Assembly (NCBI GenBank): GCA_963816975.1
Contig: CAWFMD010000005.1
Span: forward strand, 144,518 to 208,517
Direction of reading: 5' to 3'
Origin: an uncultured Solirubrobacterales bacterium
GTDB taxonomy: Bacteria; Actinomycetota; Thermoleophilia; Solirubrobacterales; JBBDJG01
Length of the DNA: 64,000 nucleotides
The position numbers and the translations under genes are program-made. Position 1 is the first letter of the stretch; each line of letters opens with the position of its first letter. The notes beneath the pieces are model-generated. The model was not told where the DNA came from. It ran no database searches and was given only the letters and a program-made list of their open reading frames with translations. This document shows, one piece after another, positions 30,236 to 37,219 of this stretch.

Positions 30236-31146
30236 GCGTCGCCGCCCCGCCCAGGGGCCTCGCGGTCGATCTCGCCGGGCTGCGCCTGGCCCATCCGGTC
30301 CTGAACGGCTCCGGCACGTGGGACGCGATCGCCGCCATCCGCACGTTCGGGGCGGGCGCCCGCGAGCAGATCCCATTCGCGGCCTTTGTCTCCAAGACCA
30401 TCACGCTGGCCCCCCGCGGCGGAAACGCTCCGCCCCGCCTGTGGGAGACCCCGGCCGGTCTGATCAACTCGATCGGGCTCCCGAACAAGGGCCTCGACGG
30501 GTTCGTCGCCCGCGATCTGCCCGAGCTTGCCACCCTGCCGGTCCCCTTGGTCGTGAGCGTCGCGGGGTTCAGCCACGACGAGTTCGCCGCACTCGTCGAG
30601 GGGGTGGCGAACCGCGCCGAGGTGGCCGCCGTCGAGCTGAACGTCTCGTGCCCGAACGTCAAGTCCGGCTGTGTGATCGGGAGCGAGCGGGGCGAGATGG
30701 CTGCTCTCATGTCCCGCGTGCGAACGCTGACCGCGAAACCGCTGATCGTGAAGCTGACACCGAATGTCTCGGATGTGGGGCCGATCGCGCAAGCGGCCCA
30801 GGACGGCGGCGCGAACGCCCTGTCGTTGATCAACACACTGCGCGCGACCGCGATTCATCCCCGTACCGGGAAGTCGTGGCTGGGCGCGGGTCATGGCGGC
30901 CTGTCCGGTCCCGCGGTGCGGCCCGTCGCACTCGCATTGACCGCGCAGGTGGCCGCGTGCACGCAGCTGCCGATCGTGGGGATGGGCGGCATCCAGAGCG
31001 GACGTGACGCACTCGACTTCCTGCATGCGGGCGCGACGTGCGTCGCGGTCGGCACGGAGAGCTTTCGCGATCCGCGTGCCGCCGCGCGTGTGCGTGACGA
31101 GCTCGCACGCCTGCTCGAAAGCGAAACGAACCGCTCGTTGCGATAG
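30232..31146 (+). CDS. pyrD: dihydroorotate dehydrogenase (class 1B) catalytic subunit
   Basis: Motifs LNGSGTW, ELNVSCPNV, VKLTPNV, GGLSGPAVRP and IVGMGGI. The ATG overlaps the pyrK stop (ATGA). Confidence 0.9.
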   Translation: MSVAAPPRGLAVDLAGLRLAHPVLNGSGTWDAIAAIRTFGAGAREQIPFAAFVSKTITLAPRGGNAPPRLWETPAGLINSIGLPNKGLDGFVARDLPELATLPVPLVVSVAGFSHDEFAALVEGVANRAEVAAVELNVSCPNVKSGCVIGSERGEMAALMSRVRTLTAKPLIVKLTPNVSDVGPIAQAAQDGGANALSLINTLRATAIHPRTGKSWLGAGHGGLSGPAVRPVALALTAQVAACTQLPIVGMGGIQSGRDALDFLHAGATCVAVGTESFRDPRAAARVRDELARLLESETNRSLR

Positions 31147-31229
31147 CAGGTTTCGGCACCGGCTGTCGGCACGTTTCGGCAGCCTGCACCCTTGTATTTA
31201 TTTGCGACATTTTTTTTCGGGGTCGGCGG

Positions 31230-31257
31230 TTGCGAGTCGCGAGGCCGTGCGTATAAT
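31230..31257 (+). promoter_or_regulatory. sigma-70-type promoter of mihF (TTGCGA-N16-TATAAT), leaderless-type
   Basis: Near-consensus -35 and -10 hexamers stand out in the GC-rich DNA. TATAAT ends 8 nt before ATG 31266, and there is no SD. Confidence 0.55.
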
Positions 31258-31265
31258 CGCCGCCC

Positions 31266-31601
31266 ATGCCCGCCGCGACGAAGTCTGCCTCCACAGCCCC
31301 CGAGCGCTCGCTGGCCCAGAGGATGGAGGCGCTGAACGAGGCGAATCGCATCAGGACCGAGCGGGCGAAGCTGAAGCGCAAGCTCAAGGACGGCGCAGCG
31401 AACGTCGCAGTTCTGCTGCGTGATCCACCCGACTACGTTCTCACCGCAAAGGTCTCCGACATGCTGCTGGCCGTTCCCAAGTACGGCCACGTCAAGGTCA
31501 ACAAGATCCTGGCTCAGTGCCGGATCTCGCCGAGCAAGACGATCGGCGGACTTTCGGAGCGCCAGCGCCGTGAGCTCATCGGACACCTCATCAAGCGATA
31601 G
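31266..31601 (+). CDS. mihF: actinobacterial integration host factor MihF
   Basis: 111-aa ORF. RIRTERAKLKRKLK...VSDMLLAVPKYGHVKVNKIL...ISPSKTIGGLSERQRREL is the characteristic mIHF sequence. Confidence 0.9.
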   Translation: MPAATKSASTAPERSLAQRMEALNEANRIRTERAKLKRKLKDGAANVAVLLRDPPDYVLTAKVSDMLLAVPKYGHVKVNKILAQCRISPSKTIGGLSERQRRELIGHLIKR

Positions 31602-32163
31602 CCCCGGCGGGCGGCTGTTCGTCATCACCGGCCCGTCCGGGGTCGGGAAGGGGACGCTGATCGCGCGGCTGCTGAGCCAGGTCCCCGAACTGGAGCTGTC
31701 GGTATCGGCCACCACGCGCAGCCCGCGCGAGTCGGAGCGCGACGGCGTCCACTACCACTTCATGGACGACCAAGAGTTCGAGCGGCGGGTCGCGGCCCGG
31801 GAGTTCATCGAGCACGCGGGGTACGCCAACCACCGCTACGGGACGCTGCGCTCCGAGGTCGACCCCCGGCTGGCCGCGGGCCGCAGCGTGGTGCTGGAGA
31901 TCGAGCTGCAGGGCGCCCGCCAGATTCGCGAGACGGTGCCGGACGCCGTCCAGGTGTTCATCGCGCCACCGTCGCCGGCGGACCTGCGCCGCCGGCTCGA
32001 GGGGCGCGGGACCGACAGTCCCGAGCAGATCTCCCGCCGGCTGGAGGTCGCGCAGCAGGAGCTGGGGGCGCGGGGCGAGTTCGGCCATGTGGTCGAAAAC
32101 GATGATCTGGATCGCGCTGCGAGCGAGCTCGCGGCGCTCGTGCGCTCTCATCTGGAGTCCTAG
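31570..32163 (+). CDS. gmk: guanylate kinase
   Basis: P-loop ITGPSGVGKGT plus SATTRSPRESERDGVHYHF. The start is uncertain: I chose in-frame GTG 31570, which overlaps the end of mihF, because no ATG lies closer to the P-loop. Confidence 0.88.
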   Translation: MSSSDTSSSDSPGGRLFVITGPSGVGKGTLIARLLSQVPELELSVSATTRSPRESERDGVHYHFMDDQEFERRVAAREFIEHAGYANHRYGTLRSEVDPRLAAGRSVVLEIELQGARQIRETVPDAVQVFIAPPSPADLRRRLEGRGTDSPEQISRRLEVAQQELGARGEFGHVVENDDLDRAASELAALVRSHLES

Positions 32164-32443
32164 CGCGGCCCGTCCGAAGGGGCGCTCGGTTCGGCAAGAG
32201 GCAGCGTCCACGGCGCGCCCTCTCGGCGCTCGGGCCGAGTCCGCGAAATGACTCTCTCCTGACTCGATCGGCGGGAGGCTCGACACGTTTTCGCGGCGGC
32301 CCGTTCGGGTGATGCAACCTAATCGCCTATATGGCGGCTAACGTGCACCACCCGTTCTGGGCACCTCGCTGATTGCGGCTCGCCGTGCGCAGTTTGGAAT
32401 GCAACCGCGACGACTCTCCCGACGCGATCCGGGTGCCGACGGC

Positions 32444-32614
32444 TTAGGAACCCGTTTTGGAATCCACCGGCAAGCGCCAGACGATCCATGTGGCGACCAA
32501 GATGCCAAACAGCGCCGCGCCGACGAACAGCTTGAACGGGAAGCCGAAGATCAGGCCCATAAGGAGTCCCCACGATGTCGCGAGGCCAATAGCGAGCAGC
32601 AGCCATGCAAGCAC
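32444..32614 (-). CDS. putative 56-aa two-TM membrane mini-protein
   Basis: VLAWLLLAIGLATSWGLLMGLIFGFPFKLFVGAALFGILVATWIVWRLPVDSKTGS. The GTG is preceded by ACGAGG. This is the only plausible coding signal in the gmk-rpoZ spacer. Confidence 0.3.
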   Translation of the reverse strand: MLAWLLLAIGLATSWGLLMGLIFGFPFKLFVGAALFGILVATWIVWRLPVDSKTGS

Positions 32615-32698
32615 AGGCCTCGTTATAGCCCCTGACCCCAGGAGGACCAAATGCAAACTGGCCCACCGGTGCGCGGCGGGGCCGGGTAACCCCTCAGC

Positions 32699-32704
32699 TA
32701 GAAT
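32699..32704 (+). promoter_or_regulatory. -10-like hexamer TAGAAT upstream of rpoZ
   Basis: A TANNNT hexamer about 30 nt upstream of TTG 32735. AGGAGGA (SD) lies between them. Confidence 0.35.
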
Positions 32705-32734
32705 GGCCTGCCCCGGCCGACCACAGGAGGACTC

Positions 32735-32968
32735 TTGATCCACCCCCGCATCGACAACCTGCTCGACCACGTCGACTCGCATTACGCGGCCGTCATCGTG
32801 GCGGCGAAGCGGGCGCGGCAGATCAACAACTACTACCACACGCTCGGTGAGGGAGTATTCGAGGAATTCCCGCCGCCGATGGTGGACACGCCCTCCAAGA
32901 ACTATCTGACGATCGCGCTCGAAGAGGTCGCGCAGGGGAAGATCAACTCGCGCTACCGTGGTGTCTAG
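32735..32968 (+). CDS. rpoZ: DNA-directed RNA polymerase subunit omega
   Basis: 77-aa ORF with the typical omega N-terminus IDNLLDHVDSHYAAVIVAAKRARQIN, in the gmk-rpoZ-coaBC context. Confidence 0.9.
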   Translation: MIHPRIDNLLDHVDSHYAAVIVAAKRARQINNYYHTLGEGVFEEFPPPMVDTPSKNYLTIALEEVAQGKINSRYRGV

Positions 32969-33035
32969 GCACAGCGCCTAGACAGGCCATAATGAAAACG
33001 CCGGTCGGCGTGGACCGGTGAGAAGCGGGTAGCGA

Positions 33036-34301
33036 ATGGCAAGGATCTTGCTGGGCACGAGTGGTGGCATCTCCGCCTACAAGGCGGTGGAGCTCGCGCG
33101 TCTGGCCGTGAAGGCGGGTCACGCCGTGCGCGTGATCCAGACAGAGGACTCGCTGCGCTTCGTGGGGCGTGCGACGTTCGAGGGGATCACCGGAGCCCCG
33201 GTGCTGGTCGCAGAGTTCGAGCGCGACCCCGCGCGCGGCGCGTTTCCCGGGGAGGCCTCGCCGGACCACGATCCGATCAGCCATCTGGAGATCGCGGCGC
33301 GCTGCGATGCGTACTGCATCGCGCCGGCGACCGCGAACACGATCGCCAAGCTCGCGACCGGACAGGCCGACAACCTGCTGACCGCCGCGTACCTCGCGTG
33401 TGCGGCACCCGTGCTGGTCGCGCCGGCGATGAACAACCGCATGTACGAGCACGCTGCGACACAGGCGAACCTCGAGACGCTGCGCGCCCGCGGCGTGCAC
33501 GTCGTGGAACCCGGCACCGGGCAGCTCGCTTCCCGCGGCGAATGGGGAATCGGCCGGCTGGCCGAGCCGATCGCGATCCTCGCCGCGATCGAGATCGTCG
33601 CCGGTGGCGCACCGCGCCCGCTCGACGGAATGCGGGTGCTCGTGACCGCGGGCGGGACGCGCGAGCCGCTCGACTCCGTGCGCTTCGTGGGCAATCGCTC
33701 CAGCGGGCGGATGGGTTTTGCGTTGGCCGCCGAGGCCGCGCGGCGCGGGGCCGCCGTCACCGTGATCGCCGCGAACACCACGCTCGACCGCACGCCCGGC
33801 GTGTCCTACGTGCCGGTCGGGACGGCCGCCGAGCTCCGCGATGCGACGCTCTCCCGGTTCGAGCAGGCCGACCTGCTCCTGATGGCCGCGGCGGTCGCCG
33901 ACTTCCGGCCGGCGCGGCCCCTCGACGACAAGATCACCAAGGAGGGACGGGACTCGCTGTCGGTCGACATGGTCGCCACCTCCGACGTGCTGAGCGAGGT
34001 TGCCTCCATGCGGCGCGAGGGCCAGTCGATCGTCGGCTTCGCCGCCGAGCACGGACCGGAAGCGGTGACGCGGGCCCGCTCCAAGCTCGCCCGCAAAGAC
34101 CTCGACGCGATCGTCGTGAACGACATCTCGCGACCCGACATCGGCTTCGACTCGGACCAGAACGAGGTGGTGATCATCGGTACCGCCGGTGAACTGCACG
34201 TGCCGCGCAGCTCCAAGGAGGAGGTGGCCACTCGCGTGCTGGACTTCGTCCAGGAGCTACGGGCGGGACTCGCCGGGCAGCGTGAAAAAGGGGGCCGGTG
34301 A
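33036..34301 (+). CDS. coaBC: bifunctional phosphopantothenoylcysteine decarboxylase / phosphopantothenate-cysteine ligase
   Basis: N-terminal flavoprotein domain (ILLGTSGGISAYK, PAMNNRMY) and a CoaB domain (RFVGNRSSGRMG, AAAVADFRP). Confidence 0.95.
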   Translation: MARILLGTSGGISAYKAVELARLAVKAGHAVRVIQTEDSLRFVGRATFEGITGAPVLVAEFERDPARGAFPGEASPDHDPISHLEIAARCDAYCIAPATANTIAKLATGQADNLLTAAYLACAAPVLVAPAMNNRMYEHAATQANLETLRARGVHVVEPGTGQLASRGEWGIGRLAEPIAILAAIEIVAGGAPRPLDGMRVLVTAGGTREPLDSVRFVGNRSSGRMGFALAAEAARRGAAVTVIAANTTLDRTPGVSYVPVGTAAELRDATLSRFEQADLLLMAAAVADFRPARPLDDKITKEGRDSLSVDMVATSDVLSEVASMRREGQSIVGFAAEHGPEAVTRARSKLARKDLDAIVVNDISRPDIGFDSDQNEVVIIGTAGELHVPRSSKEEVATRVLDFVQELRAGLAGQREKGGR

Positions 34302-34660
34302 GCGAGTCGGACGCCTACGACCTGTTCCAGCGCGGACTCGCCCTGATCGCCGAGCGTCACTGGGCGCAGGCCACCGTCCCACTCGAGAAGGCCAGGCGGC
34401 TGGAGCCGGACAAGAGCTCGATTCGCGAGGCGCTGGGGCGTGCGTACTTCCGCTGCGGCCGCTACGGGAACGCGGCGAGCGAGTTCTCGGCCGTGGTCGA
34501 GCAGCATCCCGCGAACGACTACGCCCACTTCTGCCTGGGCCGTGCGCTGGAAAAACTGGGCGACCGGCGCGCCGCTGCGCGTCACATGTCCCTCGCCTGC
34601 GGAATGCGCCCGGATCGCAGCGACTACCGGCTCTACAGAGATAGGTTGAAAGCAGCCTGA
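34298..34660 (+). CDS. tetratricopeptide-repeat protein
   Basis: 120-aa ORF with TPR-like A/Y/G spacing (ALGRAYFRCGRYGNAASEF...HFCLGRALEKLGD). The GTG overlaps the coaBC stop. Confidence 0.65.
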   Translation: MSESDAYDLFQRGLALIAERHWAQATVPLEKARRLEPDKSSIREALGRAYFRCGRYGNAASEFSAVVEQHPANDYAHFCLGRALEKLGDRRAAARHMSLACGMRPDRSDYRLYRDRLKAA

Positions 34661-35094
34661 GGGCTCTCATCCAACGCGTCAGTTCCGCGTCGGTCTCGGT
34701 GGATGACGAGATCGTCGGCGAAATCGGTGCCGGCCTGCTCGTGCTGCTGGGCGTGGGGCGCGGGGACGGCGAAGCCCAGGCGGCGAAGCTCGCCGACAAA
34801 GTCTCCAAGCTGCGCGTATTCGACGGCGCCGCCGGTCGCATGGACCGTTCGCTGCTCGACAGCGGCGGGGCGGCCCTGTGCGTGAGCCAGTTCACCCTCT
34901 ACGGCGACACCCGCCGGGGGCTGCGGCCGAGCTTCACCGACGCCGCCGATGCGCCGCAGGGGGAACGGCTGTACGAGGAGTTCTGCAAGCGGCTGGAGGC
35001 GCTCGGGGTCGCCGTCGCGAAGGGCCGGTTCGGCGCTCGCATGGCTGTTCGGCTGCTCAATGAAGGACCCGTGACGCTGCTTCTCGAAGCGTGA
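34657..35094 (+). CDS. dtd: D-aminoacyl-tRNA deacylase (probable CTG start)
   Basis: The in-frame sequence from CTG 34657 reads (M)RALIQRVSSASVSVDDEIVGEIGAGLLVLLGV...SQFTLYGD, the conserved Dtd N-terminus. The track start at GTG 34699 would delete that N-terminus. Confidence 0.85.
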   Translation: MRALIQRVSSASVSVDDEIVGEIGAGLLVLLGVGRGDGEAQAAKLADKVSKLRVFDGAAGRMDRSLLDSGGAALCVSQFTLYGDTRRGLRPSFTDAADAPQGERLYEEFCKRLEALGVAVAKGRFGARMAVRLLNEGPVTLLLEA

Positions 35095-35125
35095 TAGCAG
35101 CCCGAAAGGGGGCATAGACCGCCGC

Positions 35126-35131
35126 TATACT
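35126..35131 (+). promoter_or_regulatory. -10-like hexamer TATACT in the dtd-rimP spacer
   Basis: A near-consensus hexamer in GC-rich DNA, about 55 nt upstream of the intrinsic terminator at 35183. Confidence 0.35.
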
Positions 35132-35182
35132 TCTGGGCTCTGATTCGGTCAGGAGACCTGCGGCCCCCCGGCCGCGCCTTCG

Positions 35183-35207
35183 AAGTGGGCCTCCGCCCAC
35201 TTTTTTT
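35183..35207 (+). terminator. rho-independent terminator / leader attenuator 22 nt upstream of rimP
   Basis: AAGTGGGC-ctcc-GCCCACTT stem followed by T7. Confidence 0.7.
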
Positions 35208-35229
35208 GCGACATTTGCGAGACCCAGCC

Positions 35230-35802
35230 ATGAGAAAAGCCCAGAGCGAGATCGACTCGAACCGCGCGCGCCCGGCCAGTCCGGCCGATCCGCGCGACCT
35301 GCATGCGCGCGTCGAAGAGCGCCTTGCGACGGCGGAGCCCGACGTCGAGGTGCTGGCCGTCGAGATTGCCGGCTCGCGGCGCTCGCCGGTGCTGAGGATC
35401 TTCGTGGACCGACCCGGCGGAGTCGATCTGGCGCTGTGCACGCGCGTCACGGACCATCTTCGAGACCTGCTCGTGGACTACGGCGTCGAGGTTTCGTCAC
35501 CCGGCCCGGAGCGGCCGCTGACGAAGCTCGACCACTACCAGCGCTTCATCGGGCGGCGTGTGCGCGTGCGCACGCAAGGCGAGATCGAAGGTCGCAAGGA
35601 CCTCAAGGGCGAGCTGGTGGGCGCCGACCAGGAGGGCGTCACGCTGGCCGGCGACGGGGGCACAATCCGCATCCCGCTCGAACGGATCCGGCGCTCGAAC
35701 CTGATCGCACACGAAGCGTCAGCGAGCGCCGCAGGCGCGCAGCACAGGACCGTAGGTGGGCGTAGCCCAAGAACCGCTCGCACCACGGGGAGGACTTCGT
35801 GA
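35230..35802 (+). CDS. rimP: ribosome maturation factor RimP
   Basis: Conserved pattern LRIFVDRPGGVDLALCTRVTDHLRDLL...VEVSSPGPERPL. I set the start at ATG 35230 because the track's GTG 35185 lies inside the terminator stem. Confidence 0.85.
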   Translation: MRKAQSEIDSNRARPASPADPRDLHARVEERLATAEPDVEVLAVEIAGSRRSPVLRIFVDRPGGVDLALCTRVTDHLRDLLVDYGVEVSSPGPERPLTKLDHYQRFIGRRVRVRTQGEIEGRKDLKGELVGADQEGVTLAGDGGTIRIPLERIRRSNLIAHEASASAAGAQHRTVGGRSPRTARTTGRTS

Positions 35803-37208
35803 CGAAGGAGATCGTTGAGGCCGTCCAGACTCTCGAGAAAGAGAAGGGCATCTCGGCCGAGAAGTTGATGCTCGCGCTCGAGGATGCGCTCCTGTCCGCC
35901 TACAAGAAGACACCGGGCGCCGCCAAGTACGCCCGCGTCGACATGGACCGCAGCACCGCGGACTTCCGCGTGTTCGAGCTGCTCGTCCCGCCCGAGCTCG
36001 AGGAGAAGCTCGTCAAGGAGGCGATCGAGGAGGAGCGCACGATCGACCCCGAGACCGGGGAGCTGCGCGAGCCCGAGGAGCCCGAGATCGACCCCGAGAA
36101 GCTCGCCGAGTACGGCGACCAGATCGGCAGCCGCGACGTCACCCCCGGTGACTTCGGCCGGATCGCGGCGCAGACCGCCAAGCAGGTCATCCTCCAGCGC
36201 ATCCGGGAGGCGGAGCGCGACATGATGTTCGAGGAGTACCAGGACCGCGTGAACGAGCTGATCACCGGGATCATCCAGCAGTCCGACTCCCGCTACACGC
36301 TGGTCCAGCTGCGCGAGCGCGTCGAGGCGCTGCTGCCGAAGTCCGAGCAGGTCGACAACGAGCGCTATGACCACGGCATGCGCGTGAAGGCCGTCATCAC
36401 CGAGGTGTCGTCGAGCACCAAGGGGCCCAGCATCATCGTCTCGCGGCGCAGCCCTGAGCTGATCAAGAAGCTGTTCGAGCTGGAGGTGCCCGAGGTCGCC
36501 GACGCCCTCGTCGAGATCGTGAACGTCGCCCGCGAGCCGGGCTACCGCTCGAAGATCGCGGTCGTGTCGCACGCGGACGGCGTGGACCCGGTCGGCGCCT
36601 GTGTGGGCCCGCGCGGCTCGCGCGTGCGCATGGTCGTGTCCGAGCTGCGTGGCGAGAAGATCGACATCATCCCCTTCAACGAGGAGCCCGCGCGCTTCGT
36701 CGCCAAGGCGCTCTCTCCGGCGCGCGTGCGGGAGGTGCTCGTCGACGACGAGAACAAGCAGGCGACCGTCGTGGTCCCGGACGACCAGCTCTCGCTGGCG
36801 ATCGGCAAGGAGGGCCAGAACGCCCGGCTCGCCGCGCGGCTCACCGGCTGGCGCGTGGACATCAAGTCCGAGACCGAGTTTGCGGCCGAGGAGTCCGAGC
36901 TGGGCTACGACCAGGAGGAAGACGTCACCGGTCGCTGCCACGCCGTGCTCAGCACCGGCAAGCGCTGCCCCAACGCGGCCGAGCCGGGCTCGCGTTACTG
37001 CGGCCTGCCCGCGCACCAGGCGCTCGAGGGCCAGGAGGGCGACGAGATCGCGGCGGGGAATGCCGAGCCGGCCGCGGACGATGGCGCGGCCCCGACCGCG
37101 GACGAGCCGGTGCAGGCAGCGGTCGATGCGCCCGTCGCGGCACCGGCGGAAGCCGTCGAGGAGGCCCCGGCGGAGGCGGCCGCCTCCGGAAGCGAAGAGG
37201 AGCGCTAG
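35799..37208 (+). CDS. nusA: transcription termination/antitermination factor NusA (with unusual Cys/His-containing acidic tail)
   Basis: Has the NusA N-terminal domain, S1 and KH1/KH2 (ACVGPRGSRV..., LAIGKEGQNARLAARLTGWRVDI). The GTG overlaps the rimP stop. Confidence 0.95.
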   Translation: MTKEIVEAVQTLEKEKGISAEKLMLALEDALLSAYKKTPGAAKYARVDMDRSTADFRVFELLVPPELEEKLVKEAIEEERTIDPETGELREPEEPEIDPEKLAEYGDQIGSRDVTPGDFGRIAAQTAKQVILQRIREAERDMMFEEYQDRVNELITGIIQQSDSRYTLVQLRERVEALLPKSEQVDNERYDHGMRVKAVITEVSSSTKGPSIIVSRRSPELIKKLFELEVPEVADALVEIVNVAREPGYRSKIAVVSHADGVDPVGACVGPRGSRVRMVVSELRGEKIDIIPFNEEPARFVAKALSPARVREVLVDDENKQATVVVPDDQLSLAIGKEGQNARLAARLTGWRVDIKSETEFAAEESELGYDQEEDVTGRCHAVLSTGKRCPNAAEPGSRYCGLPAHQALEGQEGDEIAAGNAEPAADDGAAPTADEPVQAAVDAPVAAPAEAVEEAPAEAAASGSEEER

Positions 37209-37219
37209 CCCGGAGCCCT

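Noticed and set aside
35185-35229. The track start GTG 35185 for rimP
   Set aside because: That codon lies inside the terminator stem-loop and T-tract, and the added 15 residues (MGLRPLFLRHLRDPA) are not RimP-like. I prefer ATG 35230.
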